Shown: piece after piece, positions 9,421-18,581 of the stretch
Layout of the letters: each line of letters opens with the position of its first letter
Position numbering within the stretch: position 1 is the stretch's first letter
Source: Candidatus Hydrogenedentota bacterium
Lineage (GTDB): Bacteria > Hydrogenedentota > Hydrogenedentia > Hydrogenedentales > SLHB01
Reading direction: 5' to 3'
Assembly: GCA_045863295.1 (NCBI GenBank)
Contig: BTWA01000016.1
Location: 67,480-131,479, forward strand
Length of the DNA stretch: 64,000 nucleotides
Program-made: the position numbers and the translations under genes
The notes under the pieces: generated by a model
Databases searched by the model: none
What the model saw: only the letters and a program-made list of their open reading frames with translations
Told to the model about the DNA's origin: nothing

Positions 9421-9813
9421 GTGGAATTTTACCTTGCGCACAACGATGGTTCGCCCATCTACCGGCAAATCATGCAACAGGTACAGCATATGATTGCGAG
9501 CGGCCGGCTGAACCCCGGCGATGAAATGCCTTCGGTCAGGGCGCTGGCCAACAGACTTCTGGTAAACCCCAATACGGTCGTGCGGGCTTATCGCGACCTT
9601 GAAAGCATGGGGCTGCTTGTGTCGCGCCAAGGGTCGGGCACGTTTGTTTCCGACGCGGGGTCGCCGCTTGCCCGGCGCGAAAAGCGCCGCATCATTGCCA
9701 AACGCGTGGAATCCCTGATGGTTGAGGCGCGTCAACTTGACATCAGCGCGGATGAGATCAAAGACCTCATCGACAAATGCGATTCGGCGATGAAACCGAA
9801 GCGGACTGCCTAG
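9421..9813 (+). CDS. GntR-family transcriptional regulator, YtrA subfamily
   Basis: SPIYRQI..GDEMPSVRALA..VNPNTVVRAYRDLE..QGSGTFV; short helical C-terminus; first gene of an ABC operon. Confidence 0.93.
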   Translation: MEFYLAHNDGSPIYRQIMQQVQHMIASGRLNPGDEMPSVRALANRLLVNPNTVVRAYRDLESMGLLVSRQGSGTFVSDAGSPLARREKRRIIAKRVESLMVEARQLDISADEIKDLIDKCDSAMKPKRTA

Positions 9814-9833
9814 TCCATGCGCGGAAAATCTCC

Positions 9834-10733
9834 ATGAATAGCATCATCGATATAGAGAATCTCTCGAGGCACTACAATCGGGTCCATGCGCTGGACAGCG
9901 TATCGATTGCAATCCCTCGAGGCGGCGTATTTGGCCTCGTAGGGGAGAATGGCGCGGGCAAGTCCACGTTGATCCATCACATTCTCGGCTTGCTCCGTGC
10001 GCAGAAAGGCACGGTGCGTGTTTTTGGAGTCGATCCCGTCAGGAACCCGGCGAGTGTGCTTGGCCGCATGGGTATCGTCACGGAGGATCGCGACTTACCG
10101 GATTGGATGCGGGTCGACGAACTCATGCAATTCACGAGCACGTTCTATCCTAAATGGGATAAGAAGTATGCGGAGGAATTGCGCCACTTGTTCGGTTTGG
10201 CGGCGGACGCGCGCATCGGCACGCTTTCGCGTGGCCAACTCGCGAAGGCGAGCCTTCTCGCGGCGCTGGCGCACCGGCCGGAGTTGCTCGTGCTCGACGA
10301 ACCTTCCTCGGGCCTAGATCCAGTTGTTCGCCGTGACATTTTGGAAGCCATTATTGCCACCGCGGGAGAAGATGGCCGCACCGTGCTCTTTTCGTCGCAT
10401 CTGCTTGACGAGGTAGAACGCGTTGCCGATCGCGTGGCGATGATGCGTAGCGGCCGCCTAGTTTTGAACATGCCGCTGGAAGAGCTGAAAGATACCCATC
10501 ACCGGCTGATCGTGCGCGCAAAGAACGGCGCACGTGCGATCGATTTTCCCGGCATCCTAGTGCAACAAGGAGAGGGTCCTGAACGAACCGTGTTGTGTTC
10601 TGGCGAGATGAACGTGCTTGTGCACGCCATTACCACCGCCGGGTTCGAGGTTGTTCACGCGGATGTTCCCTCGTTGAATGAGATATTTGTCGCCCGTTGT
10701 GCCGCGCCTGCCGTTGCGGTGAAGGAAGCGTAG
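9834..10733 (+). CDS. ABC transporter ATP-binding protein (YtrB-like)
   Basis: GENGAGKST, LSRGQ signature, LVLDEP, SSH. Confidence 0.93.
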   Translation: MNSIIDIENLSRHYNRVHALDSVSIAIPRGGVFGLVGENGAGKSTLIHHILGLLRAQKGTVRVFGVDPVRNPASVLGRMGIVTEDRDLPDWMRVDELMQFTSTFYPKWDKKYAEELRHLFGLAADARIGTLSRGQLAKASLLAALAHRPELLVLDEPSSGLDPVVRRDILEAIIATAGEDGRTVLFSSHLLDEVERVADRVAMMRSGRLVLNMPLEELKDTHHRLIVRAKNGARAIDFPGILVQQGEGPERTVLCSGEMNVLVHAITTAGFEVVHADVPSLNEIFVARCAAPAVAVKEA

Positions 10734-10736
10734 CCA

Positions 10737-12287
10737 ATGTGGATCAGGGGCTATGGGTTGTTCTGGTCGGAATGGCGAAGAACCCGCAAGGGACTCTGCC
10801 TGGTGATCATCACTCAGCTTGCCTGCCTGGTTTTCGTGGCGGCGCGACCGGATGCCTCGTATTGGCCGTTGTTTGCCATTGGCTTTGTTCCCTTGTTGTT
10901 CATGGCCCATCTGTTGGGGCGAGAGAGGATGCTGGTCAGCGAAGCTCTTTCCATTCCCCGTTGGGCCTTTCGGTTGCCGGCGGGCGCCTCCGAAATTGTG
11001 TTCTGGTTGTTGTTGTACCGCCTGGCGGCATTATTTCCTTTGACGGTCCTTTCGGCAATTCCTTTTCACTCCGGGGTGGCAATTGGCCGCAACTCTCTGT
11101 TCATGTATCCAATACTCTTACCCGTCTTCTTAGTGATCCAAATCGCGGCGTGGATACTCCCCGCGGCGGGAGTCAGACCACGACTCGCGTTGCTGGCCAT
11201 AGCTTATGCGTTTGGCGTCTTTGTTTTGCTTTCTTATTTTCGCGACGGTGTTGTGCATAGCTTGCCCGGTAATGCGGCATTCACGCTTGGCAGCACGGTT
11301 GTGGCATTTTCTATTGCCGTCTACGCCGCCTTTACGCTGCGGAGCAATGGGACTTCCCGGGGCTGGTATACGCTGTTTCGCTTTTCCCCATACTGGACTG
11401 GTCGCGGCCAGGGTCACGTTTTTTCGACGCGCACTCAAGCATTGACATGGTTTACCCGGCAGGGTGTCGTGGGACGGCTCACCGTTTTTCTTTCGTTCGC
11501 AATCATTCTTTCCGCGGCCATCATCAATGTGGGCAGCTTATTCGAGGGAATCGAAGATGCCGTTCATTACCGGGAAACGGTGTGGACCGCGGGGCTCTTC
11601 ATGGTCATCACGATGGCGGGGATCGTGGGAACAGTATCGCTCGCGCTTGAGCAGGGATATTCACGCCGAGGTCACGGTTTTCTGGTTCGACAGCCTGTTC
11701 CGGAATCGGCGATTGCCTTGGGTAAGTTTGTGTTCGCCACTCAGGCAATCCTGCTGTGGGGCTGCATTCTAGTTGCGGCCTATGGCGCCCTGGCGCTATT
11801 TCTCCTCTGGTGGTCATTTGGCGCGGTGTTGAATCCACTGCCGCCCCACCCGATTTGGGCGTTTGCGCCGCTGTTATTGGTTGCCTCGTGGGTTTCGTAT
11901 TGGCAGGTCTATGTCCTGTTTTCCAGTTGGATGGCCGTCAACAGTGTTGGGTACATCGCTTCGGCTCTGGCGCCTGAGGTGGCGCGAGGCTTCTGGGCGG
12001 CGCCTGGGCGGGAGGTCCCGGCCACGGCGTGTCTGGGCGCGCTGGTCATGCTGATCGTATTTGCGTTCGCCCATAGGCGCGGTGTAATTGGCCTTCCCAC
12101 TATCGCGGCCTCCTTTGCCGTTTGTCTACTCCTGTCCGTGCTTGGTGTGTTCTCCATCCGTGCCTGTGGCTATCTGGACACATGGGACATTGGCAAGCTC
12201 ACTGTTTTTTGCGCGGCCGTGTCCGTGCTGGCCGTCGGACCCTTTGCGTCTGTACCCGCTTATATACATGTTCTGCGCCATCGGTAG
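10737..12287 (+). CDS. Polytopic membrane protein, probable ABC permease of the Ytr-like operon
   Basis: Many hydrophobic helices; 3 bp after the ATPase; two ABC-2-like halves (RLPAGASEIV.. and RQPVPESAIALGKF). Confidence 0.7.
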   Translation: MWIRGYGLFWSEWRRTRKGLCLVIITQLACLVFVAARPDASYWPLFAIGFVPLLFMAHLLGRERMLVSEALSIPRWAFRLPAGASEIVFWLLLYRLAALFPLTVLSAIPFHSGVAIGRNSLFMYPILLPVFLVIQIAAWILPAAGVRPRLALLAIAYAFGVFVLLSYFRDGVVHSLPGNAAFTLGSTVVAFSIAVYAAFTLRSNGTSRGWYTLFRFSPYWTGRGQGHVFSTRTQALTWFTRQGVVGRLTVFLSFAIILSAAIINVGSLFEGIEDAVHYRETVWTAGLFMVITMAGIVGTVSLALEQGYSRRGHGFLVRQPVPESAIALGKFVFATQAILLWGCILVAAYGALALFLLWWSFGAVLNPLPPHPIWAFAPLLLVASWVSYWQVYVLFSSWMAVNSVGYIASALAPEVARGFWAAPGREVPATACLGALVMLIVFAFAHRRGVIGLPTIAASFAVCLLLSVLGVFSIRACGYLDTWDIGKLTVFCAAVSVLAVGPFASVPAYIHVLRHR

Positions 12288-12309
12288 TGGCCAAAATGGG
12301 GGTAGTCAA

Positions 12310-14097
12310 ATGAAAAGCAGCCTCGCGACCGTTTGTGTTTTCGTGTGTGCGATCACAAACGCTGCTTTCTCTGCAACAGGATTTCCTGCATCCGATACAA
12401 AGGGCGACATCATATCATTTGATTACCATTCCGCTTCGTCACGCATGGCTGTGCAGTATATGTCTTGGCGTGACAGCCTTTGGGTCGATGTAGTTGATAT
12501 GAAATCCGGGGATCGGGTTGCCCGCATTCCTTCGGCGAATGCCCCCGTATCGCCGCGGTTCGAGCCAGATGGCGAATCCATACTGTTTTTCGACAGCGTG
12601 GGCGCTATCAATCTTTTCGACATCAAGACTCAAACGGTGAAGCCTATGTTGTTCGACCGGGCCGCAGAGTGCGTGTTTCCAGGCTGGAGTCCGAATGCCG
12701 AATCGGTGCTCTACTATCAACGGCCGCGCGACCGTGTGCCGGATCCGTCTGTTCATCTGTACCAATTGGACATGGCATCTCTGCAAACGGAGCGGCTGAC
12801 CGACGACGCGGGCGTCATGGACATCACGCCGGTGTGGTCGCCTGATGGCAAACGCATTCTGTTTCGCCGCATGTCCGGGTTTGGTCCGCGCCAGACGCGC
12901 GCTGCGTGCATTCTCGAAGTCGTCACGGAGAAGGTAACACCGTTGTGCCCTGACGATCCGGGCGATGCCGTGGTCAGCCGGTTTCATTGGTCTCCGGACG
13001 GATCGCATGTGATCGCGATGAAGACGCAACGGGCACAGGGCACGCCGCCTGGCACTCTGAAACTCGTGCGCGTAGACGACGCCAAAGTTATCTGGGACAT
13101 TGAAGAGTCCGGCCTTGAGGATGCCGCATTTCTTTCATCCGGGCGCATTCTCGGAATCACTGATGAGGGGTTTTGTTGGATAGATGCGGCCGATGGCGCA
13201 ATCGGAAACCGTTTTGCATTTGCGGAAACGGGATCGTGCAGACGCGACGTAAACGGTCCGGTGCTCGGTATCGACGGAGACGATGTCTTGTTCTTGAGCG
13301 ACAAGAGGTCGATTTATCGGGTTACTCCCGGGGGTTCGTCTTCGGTTGTTCTCGATCCCGAAGCCGAGCCCCTACCGGTATGCGAGCAGTCGGAATATCG
13401 CGTCGCGTCGGATGACGGGTTTTCGGTGCCGGTGAAGCGATTCACGCCGCCCAATGCAAAGCCTTTGGCGGTAATGGTTGTGATTGGCGGACCGGGCGCG
13501 CCTATCGATCCGGACATGGATCCGATCATTGGCGTGCTCATCGAGGCGGGATACGAGGTTGCCGTTCCCGCCTATCGCGGGTGTAACGGGTATGGTCCAG
13601 AGCACCTCGCCGCCGGACGGGGGGAGTGGGGTAACGCAGACGTGCTGGACGTTGTCGCCGCGGGCAACGACTGGAAGCAACGGTCGGAGCGTCCGCTTGC
13701 GGTTGTGGGGTACAGCTACGGCGGCTACCTGACGCTGTTGGCGCTGGCGCGCGACGACGCCCCGTGGCTTGGGGGTGCGACCCTTTGGGGGATGCTGAGT
13801 CTCCAGCCGCCGTTGCTCAGCATGATCGAAGCGACGGTCCCCGCGGAATCGATCAAGGCAGTGATTGCCGCTCGATCTCCGTTGGCGCAGGCCAGCCATA
13901 TCGACCGGCCACTCTTACTGCTTCACGGCGCGCTTGACGGCGGCGCGACAACGGAAGAGGCGATGTCCTTGGCAAAGGCAATCGCGCATGCCCAATTGCA
14001 TGTGTACAAAAATGATGCTCACGGCCTGTCCTTGAACCGTGGAGACGTAATCCACAGGTTGACGGCATTTCTGGTTGGCCCGCCGCTCACACCGTGA
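12310..14097 (+). CDS. Secreted S9/prolyl-oligopeptidase-like hydrolase with TolB/PD40-type beta-propeller
   Basis: Signal-like N-terminus; repeated WSPD/FEPD motifs; IGGPG, YRGCNGYG, nucleophile GYSYGG, HGALD, NDAHG. Confidence 0.85.
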   Translation: MKSSLATVCVFVCAITNAAFSATGFPASDTKGDIISFDYHSASSRMAVQYMSWRDSLWVDVVDMKSGDRVARIPSANAPVSPRFEPDGESILFFDSVGAINLFDIKTQTVKPMLFDRAAECVFPGWSPNAESVLYYQRPRDRVPDPSVHLYQLDMASLQTERLTDDAGVMDITPVWSPDGKRILFRRMSGFGPRQTRAACILEVVTEKVTPLCPDDPGDAVVSRFHWSPDGSHVIAMKTQRAQGTPPGTLKLVRVDDAKVIWDIEESGLEDAAFLSSGRILGITDEGFCWIDAADGAIGNRFAFAETGSCRRDVNGPVLGIDGDDVLFLSDKRSIYRVTPGGSSSVVLDPEAEPLPVCEQSEYRVASDDGFSVPVKRFTPPNAKPLAVMVVIGGPGAPIDPDMDPIIGVLIEAGYEVAVPAYRGCNGYGPEHLAAGRGEWGNADVLDVVAAGNDWKQRSERPLAVVGYSYGGYLTLLALARDDAPWLGGATLWGMLSLQPPLLSMIEATVPAESIKAVIAARSPLAQASHIDRPLLLLHGALDGGATTEEAMSLAKAIAHAQLHVYKNDAHGLSLNRGDVIHRLTAFLVGPPLTP

Positions 14098-14213
14098 CGC
14101 GATACATGCGCGTAGTCGAAGTGCAGGTTACTTAGGCGAATTCTGTGCCGATTCGCATCCTGCAGCCGGTTTCGTGTACCTTCCAGCCTTCACACTACCG
14201 GGAGGGCGCGGGC

Positions 14214-15032
14214 ATGTTGATCAGCAGCTATTTTCCGAAGGATTCCTTCAAGGGCAAGACCGTGTTTATCACCGGTGGCGCGGGGAGCATCAATTTTGGC
14301 ATTGCGAAGAATTTTGCTGCGCTGGGGGCGAACATCGGCATGTGCGGACGCACGGCGGAGAAACTGGAAGCGGCCTGCAAGGAACTCGAGGGCATGGGGG
14401 TGAAAACGGCCCATCAGGCGGCTGACGTGCGGGATTACAAGGCGCTCGAGGCCTCCATACACCACACGCGCGACACGCTCGGTCCGATCGACGTGCTCGT
14501 GTGCGCCGCGGCGGGCAATTTCCCTTGCCCGGCGGAGGGGCTCAGCGCGAACGGGTTCAAATCGGTCATAGACATTGACGTGCTCGGCACGTTCAACGCG
14601 TGCCGCGCCGCCATCGATCAACTCAAGGAGACGAAAGGTAACGTCATCTTCATCTCCGCGGGCCAGGCGTACATGCCGTATGCGCTGCAATGCCATGTGG
14701 GCGCCGCCAAGGCTGCGAACGACAACCTCATGAAGAACCTCGCCCTTGAGTGGGGCCCCTACGGCATCCGCTGCAACAGCATCGTGCCGGGCCCCATCGC
14801 AGGGACGGAGGGCATGAAACGTCTCGCCCCGGGGGAGATCGGCGAAAAGCTCAATGAGCACATTCCGCTACGCCGACATGGTCAGATCGATGACATCGGC
14901 CAGGCGGCTGTGTTCCTCGCCTCGCCGCTCGCGAGCTACATCACGGGCACGGTCCTCGTTGTGGATGGCGGCCAGAACCTGCCCGGTTCCGGCGGTTTTC
15001 AACAAGCGTTGATGGAGGCGATGGGCGGGTAG
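14214..15032 (+). CDS. SDR oxidoreductase, 2,4-dienoyl-CoA reductase-like
   Basis: ITGGAGSINFG, AAGNFPCPAEGLSANGFKSVIDID, HVGAAKA, LALEWGPYGIRCN. Confidence 0.88.
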   Translation: MLISSYFPKDSFKGKTVFITGGAGSINFGIAKNFAALGANIGMCGRTAEKLEAACKELEGMGVKTAHQAADVRDYKALEASIHHTRDTLGPIDVLVCAAAGNFPCPAEGLSANGFKSVIDIDVLGTFNACRAAIDQLKETKGNVIFISAGQAYMPYALQCHVGAAKAANDNLMKNLALEWGPYGIRCNSIVPGPIAGTEGMKRLAPGEIGEKLNEHIPLRRHGQIDDIGQAAVFLASPLASYITGTVLVVDGGQNLPGSGGFQQALMEAMGG

Positions 15033-15180
15033 TAGAAGCGCGTTCCAGCCACGTTCACAACGCAGCAGCAACAAAAAAAGCTTCGAATGGTATGCGACTC
15101 ACCTTCACTAATTGTAAGACGGATCAGTCAACGTTTTTGTGAAAGAAGTTGCAGACCACCGTCAACGTGCAGGTGGCACG

Positions 15181-15246
15181 AAAGCGGCTAGAAGCCGCTT
15201 TTACTGTGAAAACTGTTGCCGCGCCCGTGAATTGCACGGACGCGGC
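15181..15246. terminator. Two hairpins between convergent genes, likely terminator(s)
   Basis: AAAGCGGCT-AGA-AGCCGCTTT (15181-15201) and GCCGCGCCCGTG-AATTG-CACGGACGCGGC (15218-15246). Confidence 0.6.
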
Positions 15247-15282
15247 GGTGGTGTCGTCTATTGGAGGTTCGTCGACTGTGTG

Positions 15283-17223
15283 TTATGGGGCGTCGCCCTT
15301 GGCGGATTCGGGGTGCGGATCTTCGCCGGTGACGCGCTTGTATTCGATCGGATGCCGTTCTTTGAAGTCTTCCTTGGTAATGTGGCCGGTGACCCATGAC
15401 CAGTTCATGGGGTAGGTCTCGGGATCGAGAATCATGTAGAACAGGTGCCACACGACGATGGTGCCCACGGCGAGCCATGCTTCGTAGAAGTGGATGAGCG
15501 CAAGGATATCGAGTGCGACTTTGGGGAAGTGCGCGAGGAAATCGTTCGCGAACCACATGCAGAATCCGGTGACGATCATGAGGATCGAACCCCACCACAA
15601 TCCCCAGTACTCCAGTTTTTCCTTATAGCTGTACCGGTCGTATTTCGGCTGCACGTCGCTGAGACCGGAGATGTATTTCAGGTTGGCGGCAATGTCTTGG
15701 GCGTCTTTCCATCGGAGCATCAACGCCCACAACTCGCCTCGGCCGCGCCTTGTGAGCAGGATGTACAGCAGGTTGGCGCCCATGACAAAGCAGAACAGCA
15801 CGGCGGCTTCCCGGTGCACAATACCGCGGAAGGCAAGTCCCTTGTCGCCAAAGAACATGAGTTGCGTAAACCAAGTGTCGGGGTAGCGCAGGGCAAAGCC
15901 GGAAATTGCCAGCACGGTAAACGAGATGAACAGCAGGAAGTGGCCGATCACTTCGCCCTTGTTGAATCGCCGGTACTTGTCTTTGGCCCTTCGCTCCATG
16001 AACAGTTTTGCCAACAGGTGGCGCATCATCAACAGCAAGTTGTGCAGAATCATGGAACCGAGGATAAGCGCGATGAGCCACAGGTAGACGATGCGCACGA
16101 TGCCCAGCGCTTTTTGCCCTGGGTCGGTGGGCATGATGTGCACTTTACCCACGGCGAAATTCGGTCCGGCCTCTTTGTGGCAGGAGCTGCATGTCTGCAC
16201 GAGATTGGCCGGGTGGATGCTGGACTTGGGATCGCTCGCGCCGAGGATGTTGTGCACTCCGTGGCAACTGGTGCACGTCGCCACGACGGTGGATCCGGCG
16301 CGACTGGCCATGCCGTGGTAACTGTCCATGTAGCTTGCGGACCGCATGGTCTCGATTCCGTACCGGGACATTACCTTTTCGTCTTCGTGGCATTGTGGAC
16401 AGGTCATGCGGGCCACGTTTTGCAGGCTCACGGGCGAACTGTCGGTGGTGGATGGTTCAATATCGTGTTCCCCGTGGCAGTCGGTGCAATTAGGCGCATC
16501 CTTGATTCCCGCAGCCAGTGCTTTGCCATGGATACTCAGGTTGAATTCCTCGACGGTCTCCGCGTGGCACTTGGCGCACGTTTGGGGCACGTTCTGGCGG
16601 TTCACCGGGGATCTGGGATCTTGGGACGGCTCGATATTGTGCGTGCCGTGGCAATCGTTGCACACGGCGGCTTCGAGGTTGTTGTCTTCGAACAGGGCCT
16701 TTGCGTGAATGCTCTTCAAGTATGAATCGGAGGGGTGCGCCACTGAAATCATATGCGATTTCACAATCGCGGGATCGGAGTGGCATTCTCCGCAGGTTTT
16801 TGCGAGATTAAACGGGTGAACCATGGAGAGTGGATCGTCCGCTGGACGCATGTCGTGTTTTCCGTGGCATGCGGCGCAAGTCGCGGAATCGGGATCGCCG
16901 GCGCGCATGGCACGGCCGTGCAGGCTTGCCTCGTACTCTTCGGTCTCGGCATGGCATGTGCCGCAATTAACGGGCGCGAGGTTCTCGGGGTGCGGCAATT
17001 CGGTAATATCGGCATGGCAGGATGTGCATCCGATACTGTTGTGCACGGAGTGGTCGTATACTTCCTTATCGATGTACATCGACAATTCGACGCCCGACTC
17101 CAGCGTCTTGGTAATGTCGGGCTCGGCATGACACATGAAGCAATCCGCGTCTTCCTGGGCGGAAGCCGCGGGTGCGACGAACAGTATTGCCGCGCACAGG
17201 AATACCGGCCATATCCTGATCAT
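15283..17223 (-). CDS. Multiheme cytochrome c (11 CxxCH) fused to an FdnI/HydC-type cytochrome b membrane domain (CbcL-like)
   Basis: Signal peptide; CFMCH, CTSCH, CGTCH, CAACH, CGECH, CNDCH, CAKCH, CTDCH, CPQCH, CTSCH, CSSCH; C-terminal TM helices with His ligand candidates (IGHF, IVHR, LIHF, VWHL) and YSYKEKLEYW. Confidence 0.9.
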   Translation of the reverse strand: MIRIWPVFLCAAILFVAPAASAQEDADCFMCHAEPDITKTLESGVELSMYIDKEVYDHSVHNSIGCTSCHADITELPHPENLAPVNCGTCHAETEEYEASLHGRAMRAGDPDSATCAACHGKHDMRPADDPLSMVHPFNLAKTCGECHSDPAIVKSHMISVAHPSDSYLKSIHAKALFEDNNLEAAVCNDCHGTHNIEPSQDPRSPVNRQNVPQTCAKCHAETVEEFNLSIHGKALAAGIKDAPNCTDCHGEHDIEPSTTDSSPVSLQNVARMTCPQCHEDEKVMSRYGIETMRSASYMDSYHGMASRAGSTVVATCTSCHGVHNILGASDPKSSIHPANLVQTCSSCHKEAGPNFAVGKVHIMPTDPGQKALGIVRIVYLWLIALILGSMILHNLLLMMRHLLAKLFMERRAKDKYRRFNKGEVIGHFLLFISFTVLAISGFALRYPDTWFTQLMFFGDKGLAFRGIVHREAAVLFCFVMGANLLYILLTRRGRGELWALMLRWKDAQDIAANLKYISGLSDVQPKYDRYSYKEKLEYWGLWWGSILMIVTGFCMWFANDFLAHFPKVALDILALIHFYEAWLAVGTIVVWHLFYMILDPETYPMNWSWVTGHITKEDFKERHPIEYKRVTGEDPHPESAKGDAP

Positions 17224-17397
17224 GGGATCCCCCGTTTCGGATAAGGGACATGTTCACGCGGCGTCAGGGGGTAATCGGCGTGGTGAGCCGCGATCATTTA
17301 TACCGCCGGGGGTGCGGCTTTCGTATACCTATTATCGCCCTTTTTCCGCGGGAAATCAAGTCTGCCGCAAATACGACAGACACAGTGTACGAGTATG

Positions 17398-18354
17398 TTA
17401 TTGATTCGACGATTGTCCGGCCATCTGCTGAAACATGTTGGCTGCCTGCTGCACATACCGTTCCGCTTGCGCGTACTGGTCGGGTTCGAGTTGTTCCGAT
17501 AGCCGGACCAGGCCCGCGTTCAGCGCGTTGAGTTGCGCCTGATTGAAGTTGTCGCGCGTGTACGGCGCATCGGACTGGTTAAAGGTATCCAGGTGCGTGG
17601 CCAGTTCCTCGGCAAACACATCGCGCACGGCCCAGCGGTTTTCTTCGACCAGGCCTTGCGCCATCATCGTGAGCTGGCCGTCCAGCACGATGCGATACAT
17701 GGCTTCGTCGGAGGTTTCGTCGTAAGCATCCCATTGGGCAAGGGCATCGCGGTTCAGTTCTTTTGCCAACTGTTCGCGAAGGCGTCCCTCAATCTCTTCT
17801 TGCCGGGCATGTGCTTCTTTTGCGGTTAACTTGCCTTCGCCCATATCGCGCAGCATGGTACGCTGGGCCTCCAACGAAGCATCCGCCAAGTATCCACGCA
17901 GACGCGCTTCGGCGTCTTCGGGCAATGCCCATTGGGCGATAAGGTCGTCGTAAAGCATGCCCAACAACACATCCACTTGAGCGCGCTGCGCACGTTCCAT
18001 GGCATCGGGTTGCGGATCTCCTTCCGGTTCAGCCGTCGCGGGCGGTTCGACGGTCTCGGGTGAGGCGTCCTCCACGCGGGTTTCAACGATTCCTTCGGTC
18101 TGAGGGGCGTCGCCGCGCATGGCAAACAGGCGCTGCATGTCATTCACCTGGAGTTCCAATTCTTGTATGCGCGCTTTAGAATCCAAGGCCGACGACTCTA
18201 CTTCTTTCATGGCAGCCTGCAACTGTTCCTCCAATTGTTCAATCCGATCTCCCGCCAGGGCAAGAGCTCGTTGCGCCGTGAAATATTTCTGTGCGAATAC
18301 GCCCGCACAGATCACCACAATCAATACCACGACCCCGACGGCAATATTCTTCAT
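17398..18354 (-). CDS. Hypothetical membrane-anchored coiled-coil protein
   Basis: N-terminal hydrophobic helix, heptad-rich segment, acidic Pro-rich linker, helical C-terminus. Confidence 0.7.
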   Translation of the reverse strand: MKNIAVGVVVLIVVICAGVFAQKYFTAQRALALAGDRIEQLEEQLQAAMKEVESSALDSKARIQELELQVNDMQRLFAMRGDAPQTEGIVETRVEDASPETVEPPATAEPEGDPQPDAMERAQRAQVDVLLGMLYDDLIAQWALPEDAEARLRGYLADASLEAQRTMLRDMGEGKLTAKEAHARQEEIEGRLREQLAKELNRDALAQWDAYDETSDEAMYRIVLDGQLTMMAQGLVEENRWAVRDVFAEELATHLDTFNQSDAPYTRDNFNQAQLNALNAGLVRLSEQLEPDQYAQAERYVQQAANMFQQMAGQSSNQ

Positions 18355-18581
18355 GGCCCGGTCCTCCCGCCAAAAAAGGCATGGGGCGTTTTACTCAAGT
18401 TCCGGCCCCATTGTGGCACAAATCGGCCGGTCTGTCTTTATCCTTTTCGCGGGTCCTCTGCAGCGTTTTCCCTTGCGAATGATGGCGGCCAAACGAAACA
18501 ATGGGCTGCTGGCCCTTGCCGACTTTGGCCAGAAGTGTTCCGGGGCCGTTGATTGGGTGTGTCTTAAACGGGGGAAAAGCG

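Noticed and set aside
9199..9735. N-terminal 178 aa of the 318-aa ORF 8779..9735
   Set aside because: It overlaps the GntR gene and its promoter; a clear signal peptide starts at ATG 9198
15139..15415. Small plus-strand ORFs (15139..15399, 15149..15415) in the convergent intergenic region
   Set aside because: They run through terminator hairpins and overlap the cytochrome gene end; no RBS or motif support
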